A DNA stretch of 43,972 nucleotides from Acidimicrobiales bacterium (GTDB taxonomy: Bacteria; Actinomycetota; Acidimicrobiia; Acidimicrobiales; JABEUL01). Position 1 is the first letter of the stretch; each line of letters opens with the position of its first letter. The notes beneath the pieces are model-generated. The model made no database searches and had not been told where the DNA came from. It saw only the letters and a list, made by a program, of their open reading frames with translations. Position numbers and translations under genes: made by a program. Shown here piece after piece: positions 26,820-35,682 of the stretch. Location of the stretch: assembly GCA_013044465.1 (NCBI GenBank), contig JABEUL010000223.1, forward strand, positions 1-43,972. Direction: 5' to 3'.

Positions 26820-27794
26820 TTAACTTCGTGCTTTAAGTGCCTCAATAAGCTTCGGCAGTACTTTGTGAACATCGCCAACTATTCCAAGGTCAGCAACTGA
26901 AAAGATTGGAGCCTCAGCATCTTTGTTGATCGCAATGATGTTCTTGGCATTTTTCATTCCGACTAAGTGTTGTGTAGCACCTGAAATTCCACATGCCAAG
27001 TAGACAGTTGGTTTAACTGTCTTTCCAGTTTGGCCGACTTGGTAGGAATAAGGAACCCAACCAGCATCGACGATTGCTCTAGATGCTCCTGGTGCCCCAT
27101 GAAGTAACTTGGCGAGCTCTTCAATCAGTGAGTAGTTGTCTTTTTCTCCAAGTCCTCTACCACCTGAAACTACTATGTCAGCTTCATCGAGTTTTGGCCC
27201 GGTTAGCTCTTCAACGTGCTTTGCCACTACCTTGGCAGCGCCAGTTGCACCAATGTCTCCAACTGGCAATGAAGCAACATTAGCTGGTGATCCACCGGAT
27301 GCAACGGGTGCAAATGTTTTTGCTCTCACTAGAAAAATCGCAGGGGACTTGTCTGAGGTAAAGCGTGATTTAGCTATCTGAGTGCCACCAAAAATGGAGT
27401 GGCTAGCAACTAATGAGTCACCAGAAACTTCCAGTCCAGTCACGTTTGTAATAACTGGAGCATCAATCTTCACAGACAGCCTCCCAGCTACATCACGACC
27501 CTCATATGTAGTCCCGATTAACAACACCTCTGGCCCGGCGCCTTCACCAACTGCTTTAGCTATTGCGCTTGCAACTGGTGCGCCTGGCAACGAGTCTCCT
27601 AAATCTCCAACATCGTGGAGCATGGTTGCTCCGTAGTTCCCTAATTCACCAGCAATCGAAGCGACATCTGGTCCCCACGCAACAGCTTCCAGTGTGCCAC
27701 CGAGTGACTTGGCGAAAGTGAGCAACTCAAGAGTCGTAGAAGTTGGTTTGCCATCTTGTGACTCAGCTAATACCCATATTTTTGATAATGACAT
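26820..27794 (-). CDS. etfA: electron transfer flavoprotein alpha subunit
   Basis: 324 aa with the C-terminal FAD-binding signature (YLACGISGATQHLVGMKNAKNIIAINKDAEAPIF). Confidence 0.92.
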   Translation of the reverse strand: MSLSKIWVLAESQDGKPTSTTLELLTFAKSLGGTLEAVAWGPDVASIAGELGNYGATMLHDVGDLGDSLPGAPVASAIAKAVGEGAGPEVLLIGTTYEGRDVAGRLSVKIDAPVITNVTGLEVSGDSLVASHSIFGGTQIAKSRFTSDKSPAIFLVRAKTFAPVASGGSPANVASLPVGDIGATGAAKVVAKHVEELTGPKLDEADIVVSGGRGLGEKDNYSLIEELAKLLHGAPGASRAIVDAGWVPYSYQVGQTGKTVKPTVYLACGISGATQHLVGMKNAKNIIAINKDAEAPIFSVADLGIVGDVHKVLPKLIEALKARS

Positions 27795-27813
27795 CTGTAA
27801 AATCTCTTTCTTC

Positions 27814-28593
27814 TTATACCAATTTGAGTTGCTCTAGGAATCCGATTACTTTTTCATAAGCATCGCCTTCGTCAACTACTTTTTCTCCAGCTGCACGGGC
27901 TTCAGCTGCAACAATTTCGAATACTTCTTGCCTGGCTCCTACACCGCCAATTTCACTTGAACTAAGTCCAAGATCAGAAACAGTTACCTCTTCCACAGGC
28001 TTGCTTTTAGCAGCCATGATTCCTTTGAAGTTTGGATACCTAGGCTCAACTACTCCAGCAGTCACTGTTACTAAAGCAGGAAGGGGGCAAGTTACTTCGT
28101 CGTATCCGGCTTCAGTTTGCCTTTCAACTTTTATTGAAGTGCCATCGACCGTTATCTTCTTGGCAAAGGTAACTGATGGAAGACCAAGTATCTCTGCTAT
28201 TTGAACTGGTGTGGTTCCCGTGTATCCATCAGATGACTCGGTTGCAGCCAGTATCAAATCAGGCTGAGCCTTTTTAATTGCAGCAGCCAATGCTTTTGCA
28301 GTTCCAAGTGCATCGGATCCGCTCAGCTGAGGGTCGGAAACCAAGATGGCTTTAGCCGCACCCATTGCAAGTGCAGTCCTCAACCCGCCGGTCTCACCGT
28401 CGGCTGCCATAGAAACTAATGTGACTTCACCACCACCGCTAGCTTCAGCTAACTGCAAGCCAAGTTCAACTCCATAACTGTCGGAGTCGTCCATGATGAG
28501 CTTGCCATCTCTTTTTAAGGTATTCGTGGACGAATTCATCTCTCCCGGTGCTGCCGGGTCAGGTATTTGCTTTACGCATACGACAACATTCAT
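27814..28593 (-). CDS. etfB: electron transfer flavoprotein beta subunit
   Basis: 259 aa with N-terminus MNVVVCVKQIPDP and the typical EtfB layout. It lies immediately upstream of etfA. Confidence 0.92.
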   Translation of the reverse strand: MNVVVCVKQIPDPAAPGEMNSSTNTLKRDGKLIMDDSDSYGVELGLQLAEASGGGEVTLVSMAADGETGGLRTALAMGAAKAILVSDPQLSGSDALGTAKALAAAIKKAQPDLILAATESSDGYTGTTPVQIAEILGLPSVTFAKKITVDGTSIKVERQTEAGYDEVTCPLPALVTVTAGVVEPRYPNFKGIMAAKSKPVEEVTVSDLGLSSSEIGGVGARQEVFEIVAAEARAAGEKVVDEGDAYEKVIGFLEQLKLV

Positions 28594-28643
28594 TTACAGT
28601 AAATCCTTCTGATCCATGTGGCAAAAATGCCTTCTACTCCAAT

Positions 28644-29375
28644 TTAGAGTAGCCCAACCACAAATTTAGGTACGTCCGTGATGATAGCAGCGACGTTTAG
28701 GCCAATAAAAATTCTAGCCTCATCTAAATCATTGACTGTCCAAACCCCGAGATCAAGACCGATCTCGTTCGATCTCTCTACCAGGTCTTTTGTCAGCAGT
28801 GCCCGATGAGGGAGAATCCAGGAGTGGCCACTTCTTTTTATTTTTTCCATTAGCTCTGCCCCTATTTGCGAGCCAGTTACTGCTCCTTGATCAATCGGGG
28901 TGATCAAAAGCCCAGTTCTTATCGCTTTTTTGTCTAATTGGGAGCGGAACGCATCGATTGTTCTTATTGAAAATGAAGTAACTAAAGTACTGCAATCAGA
29001 AGGTTTTTCCAAAATTTCAACAAGCTTCTGGCAGAGGTTGTGGGCATAAACTTCGTCAAAATCACCAAAGCTATCGGGGTTTGCCTTTAATTCAATATCA
29101 ACTGTTTTGCTTCCTAGGAGGTCGAGGACTTCTTCAAGGTGGGGGATGAAATCAGGCAAATCGCAAGCATCCATATTTTTGATAAAGCCCTGTTGGAGGT
29201 AGGTGTCATCGTGGAAAACTACCAATTTGCCGTCTCTGGTGAGGTGAACATCCAATTCCACTCCATCTGCCCCTTCCTCAATTGCTAGTTGGAAACTTTC
29301 TAAGGTGTTCTCAATTTGGCTCTTTGGCGATCCTCGGTGTCCAAGTATCAGTGGATTTCGGTTTGAATTTTCCAT
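28644..29375 (-). CDS. glycerophosphodiester phosphodiesterase (GDPD family)
   Basis: Start at MENSNRNPLILGHRG. The GDPD signature is HRG...ENTLESF...GADGVELDVHLTRDGKLVVFHD. Confidence 0.85.
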   Translation of the reverse strand: MENSNRNPLILGHRGSPKSQIENTLESFQLAIEEGADGVELDVHLTRDGKLVVFHDDTYLQQGFIKNMDACDLPDFIPHLEEVLDLLGSKTVDIELKANPDSFGDFDEVYAHNLCQKLVEILEKPSDCSTLVTSFSIRTIDAFRSQLDKKAIRTGLLITPIDQGAVTGSQIGAELMEKIKRSGHSWILPHRALLTKDLVERSNEIGLDLGVWTVNDLDEARIFIGLNVAAIITDVPKFVVGLL

Positions 29376-29570
29376 ATTTTTATAAATTACCAGTTGGTAA
29401 CTCTTGATTTTCGGTCTCACTGCAAGTACAATACTGATTACATAATCGATAAGGATCATCGGCGGTGAGAAACCGGTGAAACTTTAGTGAAAATGACCGT
29501 TTTTGTCGGTTCGGGAGAATCCGGCAAGCGGAATGTTTGAAGCTATTTTGAGTGCCGTGGAGGAGGCAGC

Positions 29571-29861
29571 GTGACTCTGACCTGGAATAGAACAACTGAC
29601 TGGGATCAAGATGACTGGCGGGTTCGTGCAGCCTGCAGGGACACTGACCCAGATCTTTTCTTCCCAATCGGATCTACGGGAGCAGCTCTTGATCAGATTT
29701 GTGCTGCCAAGAAAGTCTGTAATTTATGTGACTCAAAGGATCAATGCTTAGAGTTCGCACTTGCCACCAACCAGGAATCTGGTGTTTGGGGGGCAACTTC
29801 TGAAGAGGAGAGGCGCGGTTTGCGCAAAATCTGGTTAATCCGCCAGAGAAGAGCTTCTTAG
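29571..29861 (+). CDS. whiB: WhiB family transcription factor (WhiB1/WblE-like)
   Basis: Four Cys in the WhiB arrangement (AACRD ... KVCNLCDSKDQC), the GVWGA turn motif and a basic C-terminus. The sequence is close to my memory of mycobacterial WhiB1. The start is a GTG. Confidence 0.9.
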   Translation: MTLTWNRTTDWDQDDWRVRAACRDTDPDLFFPIGSTGAALDQICAAKKVCNLCDSKDQCLEFALATNQESGVWGATSEEERRGLRKIWLIRQRRAS

Positions 29862-29875
29862 CCTAAAGGATACAT

Positions 29876-31039
29876 TTGTCTGAACACAATAAGGCAATCG
29901 GATTAATCATTATTGCCATTGGCCTGACTTTTTCTTTTTCATCTTGTTCTAGGTCGGTTTCACCTTCCACCCAAAGTTCAACTACTACGTCATCTACAGC
30001 TTCAGCCAACATTGCTGGCAGCGAAAATGGAATCACAACCTCATGGATCAACAGCCAGGAAGCCATATGGGCCACAAAATCTAATTACCCACTCTTGGTG
30101 TATCCATTTTTTCAAACCGCAAGTTATGACAACATTGAAGCACAAGGTGTAAATACATCGGTTTTAAATGAAAATTTAAATATGTTAGAAGCTTTAGGTG
30201 GCACTGGCATTACTATCCACATGGGGTATGACCCTTGGCTAATTAACATTCCAAATGCAAGGAGTCAAGATCAAGAAATTGCAAGTTCTCTAAAGTCAAA
30301 TAGTCAATCACTGATGCTTGCAGATGCCAGCGCCGAAAACTACAGGCATAACAAATTATCGTGGAGTGACTTCAAGACGGCTTGGATAAATAGAGTCACA
30401 ACTTTGGCTGAGATGTTCCACCCTGCTTATTACACAGTCATAAAAGAGCCTCCTTGGTATATTCCGATGATTGCCGGTGTGAATTCCAATGGATCTGGAG
30501 CAACTGATGCCCAGTTGGAAGATCCAAACCAGTGGGCATCTCTTTTGCAGTCATTGATTACCGCTGTGAAATCCGTTTCACCGTCAACAAAAGTTGGGAT
30601 AGCAGTATCTGGGGATCTTTATGACGGCAAGCCGTCAGGAACACTTGATACTGCTTTGTTGAAATTAGCGGTCAAGATGAGCAACTTGGACTACATTGGA
30701 TTTGATCTCTATACTTCAACAGCATTTTCTAACACGGTCCAGTTCTTGCATTCAAATGGTGCAAATGGAAAAGAAATCTGGATAGCTGAAACCTGGAGCA
30801 CCACTACTCCAAATTATGCATTCTCGCAAACGAGATCCTCACTCGATGTGGCATGGGCAAAATTCCTCTTTCACTATGCCCACTACATAGGTGCAACAGG
30901 CATAGTTCCTTTTTATACCGATGTTTTCTCGTCATATTCGCAGCCACCTAACTCAGCATCTGGATTGCTAAGTTACTTTAATTCGAGGACTCCAGTATTC
31001 AATGAGTTTCAAAGTCTCACTTCGAGTCAAGGGAAGTAG
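29876..31039 (+). CDS. secreted lipoprotein, possible clan GH-A (TIM-barrel) glycoside hydrolase-like
   Basis: TTG start, signal peptide with lipobox (LTFSFSSC) and a Ser/Thr-rich linker. Candidate acid/base motif is TVIKEPPWY (compare NEP) and candidate nucleophile motif is EIWIAETWS. The fold assignment is tentative. Confidence 0.5.
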   Translation: MSEHNKAIGLIIIAIGLTFSFSSCSRSVSPSTQSSTTTSSTASANIAGSENGITTSWINSQEAIWATKSNYPLLVYPFFQTASYDNIEAQGVNTSVLNENLNMLEALGGTGITIHMGYDPWLINIPNARSQDQEIASSLKSNSQSLMLADASAENYRHNKLSWSDFKTAWINRVTTLAEMFHPAYYTVIKEPPWYIPMIAGVNSNGSGATDAQLEDPNQWASLLQSLITAVKSVSPSTKVGIAVSGDLYDGKPSGTLDTALLKLAVKMSNLDYIGFDLYTSTAFSNTVQFLHSNGANGKEIWIAETWSTTTPNYAFSQTRSSLDVAWAKFLFHYAHYIGATGIVPFYTDVFSSYSQPPNSASGLLSYFNSRTPVFNEFQSLTSSQGK

Positions 31040-31040
31040 C

Positions 31041-32549
31041 TTATATTTCCACTGTGGTAGGTGCCCGATTGGGACTAATTGGAATAGTAAGTCTGGCAAC
31101 GGTTCCGCCATCATTAAATAGAGTCAACTCGCCTGCCATCTGACTTCTCACCAAGTCTCTTACAAGTGAAAGTCCTAGTGTCCCGGTTGAATCAAGCGTG
31201 AATCCATCAGGAAGGCCAACGCCGTTATCCCTAACTTCAACTGTCAAGAGATCATTGCTATGAGACAGAACAAGATCAATAGTTCCAACCTCACCGCTTT
31301 TATCTGTTTCATTATCCGCTGACTCAAAGGCATGTTCCACAGCATTTTGAAGAAGTTCAGCCACCGCAACGGCTAATGGCGTGGCAATTTCAGCTAACAC
31401 CGCTCCTGCATCTCCATGAACCTTGATCTCTATGGGTCGCTCAGTCATCACTGTGTCAGTGGCTAAGCGAACCAAAGATCTCACAATTTCATTAAATGGA
31501 ACTTGGTTTGCACTATCTCTTGAGAGAATTTCATGGACAATGGCAATTGATCGAATCCTACGCTCTGCTTCACGGAGAGCTTCTGTGGCTTTGGGTTCAT
31601 CAAGTCTCCTAGTCTGGAGTCTCAGTAATGACGAAATTGTTTGCAGATTGTTTTTTACTCTGTGGTGGACCTCTCTGATGGCTGCATCTTTGGTCAGCAA
31701 AAGCCTGTCTCGTCGTCTTAGCTCCGTCACATCTCGGAGGAGAATAAATGCCCCTGTGATTTTCTTGGCAGCAAGAATTGGGACGCATTGGGCGAGAATA
31801 TAAATGTCGCCTCTTCTCTCGATCTCTTCAATTACAGGAACATGACTCACAAATGCGCCCTGCATCGCCCCCACGCCAATCCCCAAATCTTCCATTTGGC
31901 TTCCAACTACCGGAATGTGTACGCCACTTCTGTGAAGCACGCTCACTGAGTTTGGCGAGGCAAATGAGACTAGGCCTTGTGAATCTATAACAAGTACGCC
32001 GTCACCCACTCTTGGAGCCTCTTCGACAGAGACGGACTCCCCTGGAAATGGGAATGCCCCTTCTGCAATCATCCGAGAAAGGCCGGTTGCTAGTTCATGG
32101 TAGGTGTGTTCAAGCTGCCCGGGTCTTCTCCCAGCTTCATCTTCCCAGACCATAGTTACAACACCCAGTGTTTTGGTTGAAACACGTCTAACTGGAATTG
32201 CCGATATGAGAACTGGATCTGGTCTCTCACCTAAGTCCCTATTACCATTGACAATGCGTCCACTCACCAGTGCTTCAGCAACTATTGGGACTTCGGCAAT
32301 CGGAACTTGTTTTCCAATAAGGTCCTGGGGATAGAGGGTCTGGCTAGTTGAGGGTCTAACTTGACCAACTATTATATAATTGCCTTGGTCGGAAAGTGAG
32401 GGCACATAAAGGAGCAGATCGCCAAAAGCAAAATCAGCTACTAACCCCCACGCTGCTCTCAAGCGCTTTAAGTGATCAATATCTTCCTCATCGAGACCTA
32501 AATTGTCATCAAGGGGGTCAATTGGTGACTCTAAGTCCATATCACTCAC
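31041..32549 (-). CDS. pdtaS: cytoplasmic sensor histidine kinase, PdtaS-like (GAF-PAS-HisKA_2/HATPase)
   Basis: 502 aa with the phosphoacceptor region IREVHHRVKNNLQTISSLLRLQ, an ATPase domain (ELLQNAVEHAF, DNGVGLP, GLSLVR) and no TM helices. Length and sequence resemble mycobacterial PdtaS, which also neighbours whiB1. Confidence 0.85.
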   Translation of the reverse strand: MSDMDLESPIDPLDDNLGLDEEDIDHLKRLRAAWGLVADFAFGDLLLYVPSLSDQGNYIIVGQVRPSTSQTLYPQDLIGKQVPIAEVPIVAEALVSGRIVNGNRDLGERPDPVLISAIPVRRVSTKTLGVVTMVWEDEAGRRPGQLEHTYHELATGLSRMIAEGAFPFPGESVSVEEAPRVGDGVLVIDSQGLVSFASPNSVSVLHRSGVHIPVVGSQMEDLGIGVGAMQGAFVSHVPVIEEIERRGDIYILAQCVPILAAKKITGAFILLRDVTELRRRDRLLLTKDAAIREVHHRVKNNLQTISSLLRLQTRRLDEPKATEALREAERRIRSIAIVHEILSRDSANQVPFNEIVRSLVRLATDTVMTERPIEIKVHGDAGAVLAEIATPLAVAVAELLQNAVEHAFESADNETDKSGEVGTIDLVLSHSNDLLTVEVRDNGVGLPDGFTLDSTGTLGLSLVRDLVRSQMAGELTLFNDGGTVARLTIPISPNRAPTTVEI

Positions 32550-32775
32550 ATTTCCACTTTAAACGACTTTACCTATCCAGCTTTGTATACCGATTGGATA
32601 ATACATTTGCTAAAGATTAAATATGAAACTTAGACCAACAGTTTTATAGGCAAATGGCACCCTATTAACCTCATGGCGAGTGGCAGGCCATGGAACGATC
32701 GATTTAGCTCTTACATCCTGGCGAGACCTTAAGCCTTAAGTGAGCTGATGGCCAGCCAGTGATAAACTAGATAAC

Positions 32776-33096
32776 GTGACGGAATCAACATCTCCATCTG
32801 TAGTGGGGTCGTATTCGACTTATCTCGAAAGTTTTCAGCGGAGTATGGATCAACACACTCAATCCGATCAGCACAACAATGATCTAATATCGTCTATCCT
32901 GCGTCCATTTTCCCAAGAAAATGTGACAGAACTTCCAATGGAGAAGCTTAAAAGTGAATCAGGATTATCTGGAATCGACTTTTTGGCCGGTTTAAGGGAC
33001 GCCTCTGACGAGAAGTTCATCACCACGGAAGAAGACGGTGCCGGTTCTGTAGTCAAGTTGCAGGTGCCTCTGTCGGCTGTGAAGACCGCGTTGTAA
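32776..33096 (+). CDS. hypothetical acidic protein (106 aa)
   Basis: GTG-initiated ORF with no TM segment, no recognisable motif and a weak SD. An alternative internal ATG is at 32845. Confidence 0.35.
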   Translation: MTESTSPSVVGSYSTYLESFQRSMDQHTQSDQHNNDLISSILRPFSQENVTELPMEKLKSESGLSGIDFLAGLRDASDEKFITTEEDGAGSVVKLQVPLSAVKTAL

Positions 33097-33122
33097 CACA
33101 TATTAGGTAGGGGACGACTTTG

Positions 33123-33782
33123 ATGGCTCAATTCACTGGCGGATTAATTGTAATGATCTTTGGTGCTTTAGTTGCGACAGGCGAACTTGTAAGTAGATAC
33201 CGTGATCAGCCTAGCAACGCTTTTAAACTTGCTCCGGGCCGTTTCTACATTGGGGTGAATGCAGTTGAATCGATCGGCGCATTGGTAATGGTGCGTGGAT
33301 ATGGCTGGACATTTGGACAGTCGGGCGGAGCAGTCCAGATTACCCAAATATTAGTTGCCGGTTTCGGATCCATTGCACTTTTTCGCAGTTCTCTCTTCAC
33401 AGTGCGCGTTGGATCAACAGATGTTGGAATAGGACCTTCTGCTGTATTAGATTCAATTCTTGCTGCAGCTGATAGAGCAATAGATCGCCAACTTGCTGTG
33501 GAAAGGTCTGAGTGGGTTATTGAACTCACCAAGGATGCTACAAGGATTGATCCAGTCAAAGCCATAGCTCAGCTTCCGCCCTACTGTCTTGCCTTAATGC
33601 AAAATCTTTCGTCTGCTGATCAAGACACACTCGGGAAAGACGTTGCTGTAATCGCAACCCAAAATATATCTCCTAGTGAAAAAGTCAGCCTTCTACTCTT
33701 ATCACTTAGGGACATGATAGGTCCTGATGTGGTAAAACAGGCATTTGAAGCACTTCGACCCGAAATTCAAGCAACTCCTTGA
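33123..33782 (+). CDS. hypothetical membrane protein (about 219 aa)
   Basis: The ATG is preceded by AGGTAGGGGA. Three predicted TM helices (GGLIVMIFGALVATG, FYIGVNAVESIGALVMV, ITQILVAGFGSIALF) are followed by a soluble helical C-terminal half. No family recognised. Confidence 0.55.
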   Translation: MAQFTGGLIVMIFGALVATGELVSRYRDQPSNAFKLAPGRFYIGVNAVESIGALVMVRGYGWTFGQSGGAVQITQILVAGFGSIALFRSSLFTVRVGSTDVGIGPSAVLDSILAAADRAIDRQLAVERSEWVIELTKDATRIDPVKAIAQLPPYCLALMQNLSSADQDTLGKDVAVIATQNISPSEKVSLLLLSLRDMIGPDVVKQAFEALRPEIQATP

Positions 33783-34146
33783 TGCTTGGATTCCTTGCCG
33801 ATAATAATTTGGTCGAAGGCTAAGTAACCTTTAGTTGGTATCCTGAGGGAGCTTCCAATAACGATGTGGCAATAACTGATGGCCTTAGTTTCACTGAACC
33901 ATTGAATTTGAACCGTTACGATGGAGACCTATTGCAGTTGCACTTAAGACCTGAAACTCCGGATGGTCGATGACTCTAAGCTTTTTGCATAGCTATTTAT
34001 GAAAGAGACGTTATTCATCGATTTTGTGACGATACCAATACCACAAAAAGCAAAGTTTGCAATTTGACCTTGCCGAACCATAGTCCACTCGGATTGGTTT
34101 GACGGCCCAAGCAGTCATCCACAAAAGTGGAAATATTTTGAAAACG

Positions 34147-35025
34147 TCAAATTGGCACTTCTCGCTTGTGTCTTTTATCAAATGCCGTGAGACTACTTAC
34201 TCCTCTTGATTCAAGCATTTCACGCATTGAACTAGCCCTATCGGCAACATCTGCAATCTTATGTGCATCAGATGCAGTAGTAAGTGGAACTCCAAGCTTA
34301 ATAAATTCATCCAAAAGATCTGCACTTGGATACTGCTCTTGAACAGGCTTTCTCCAACCCGCCGAAGACAGCTCTGCGGCCATGCCACTCTTCTTCGCTG
34401 CATTTGCCATTCTCGAATTAAGTTCGGACTGCAATTCCATATTATCCAGCTTTCTGCCAGTAACTTTAATCAGATCTGGATGAGCTAATACATCGCAAGT
34501 TTTGGTATCTGCCAACTCTTCAAGGGCTTCAACATAAGATATCCAAACTTTATCCAGATCTCGCTTTTCCCATTCTGACATCGACAGTTCGTCATCGATA
34601 TCATCAAAGCGCCAAGTACCCAACCAATGAATTGAACCCAATAGGACATCGAATGGGTAATCATTAACCACTTTTGAAACCTTTTCCATTCGATCTTTGT
34701 AAAAATCTACCTCAAGTCCAATTACAATCGGAAGTCCCATGGATTTAGCTTGACTGGCTATTTCAACATAGTCATCTAAGTCCTCGGTGGCATGAAAATC
34801 CCAGTAATCTTTCATGCTCTTTGCAAACGCTGGATCTGGCTCTACTTCGTCCCACCAATTCTTAAGAGCTGCTGTGGCTTGTTTGAACCTAAAGAAGTGT
34901 TCAGTAATAGCAATCTCTTGGACTCCTTGAGATTGGGCTTTTTCACAGTAGTCAGCCAACTCTTCTAATGTTGCCTCTCGGGCTCTGTCTGAATGGGCCC
35001 ACAAATGCAAGTGATAATCAATCAA
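34147..35025 (-). CDS. PHP-domain phosphoesterase (histidinol-phosphatase HisJ/HisK family-like)
   Basis: N-terminal metal motif MIDYHLHLW plus later His/Asp motifs (ITEHFF, GSIHW, LAHPD, ASDAH). Confidence 0.7.
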   Translation of the reverse strand: MIDYHLHLWAHSDRAREATLEELADYCEKAQSQGVQEIAITEHFFRFKQATAALKNWWDEVEPDPAFAKSMKDYWDFHATEDLDDYVEIASQAKSMGLPIVIGLEVDFYKDRMEKVSKVVNDYPFDVLLGSIHWLGTWRFDDIDDELSMSEWEKRDLDKVWISYVEALEELADTKTCDVLAHPDLIKVTGRKLDNMELQSELNSRMANAAKKSGMAAELSSAGWRKPVQEQYPSADLLDEFIKLGVPLTTASDAHKIADVADRASSMREMLESRGVSSLTAFDKRHKREVPI

Positions 35026-35034
35026 GAGTCTTGC

Positions 35035-35682
35035 CTAATTGGCCTTTCTTATTAGAGTCAGCCCATCTCTGATAGGCACTATTACGGCTACCAAGTCTTG
35101 CCTTGTTGAAACATTCCGGTTGAACTCTCTTATGGCTTTGGTGTCAATGGTCTGATCGTTTTCATCAAGCACTCTTTTGCTCCAAAGCGTGTTATCGACT
35201 GCAATTACTCCATCTTTTTTAAGTTTGGGTAATACCAAGTCTAAATATGCCATGTAGTTAGCCTTGTCGGCATCAATGAACACAAGGTCATATGGACCAT
35301 CAAGGTTCTCTACCCTCTTTAAGGCATCTCCTTCGTGAATCCTCACTTTAGAGGAAGTGCCAGCTAAGTCATGGCTTTCTTTGGTCGCATTAACGTGTTT
35401 GCGAGATATCTCACATGTATCAATGATTCCCCCCTCATCAAGTGCGAGAGCCATTGCCACTGATGAGTACCCCGAAAATGCGCCGATCTCAAGAATTCTT
35501 CTGGCTCCTGTCATGAAAACGAGCATCTGAAGAAAGCTTCCCTCTAGAGGTCCAACCATCATGGAAGCACCCTCTAAGGTTTCGGTGGTTTTTCTAAATA
35601 TCTCGCTCAGTGCTTCATCTAATGGGGTTGAATTTATTACCGCATAGTTCTCAATTTCAGGATCAGTAATAAAGTTTGACAT
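35035..35682 (-). CDS. class I SAM-dependent O-methyltransferase (family 3, caffeoyl-CoA OMT-like)
   Basis: SAM motif ILEIGAFSGYSS and the metal/active-site segment LVFIDADKANY. The ATG overlaps the upstream stop (TAATG). Confidence 0.8.
   Translation of the reverse strand: MSNFITDPEIENYAVINSTPLDEALSEIFRKTTETLEGASMMVGPLEGSFLQMLVFMTGARRILEIGAFSGYSSVAMALALDEGGIIDTCEISRKHVNATKESHDLAGTSSKVRIHEGDALKRVENLDGPYDLVFIDADKANYMAYLDLVLPKLKKDGVIAVDNTLWSKRVLDENDQTIDTKAIREFNRNVSTRQDLVAVIVPIRDGLTLIRKAN

Noticed and set aside
29380-29667. A 95-aa minus-strand ORF spanning the whiB leader and start
   Set aside because: It overlaps the well-supported whiB CDS and the GDPD start, and it has no SD or motifs.
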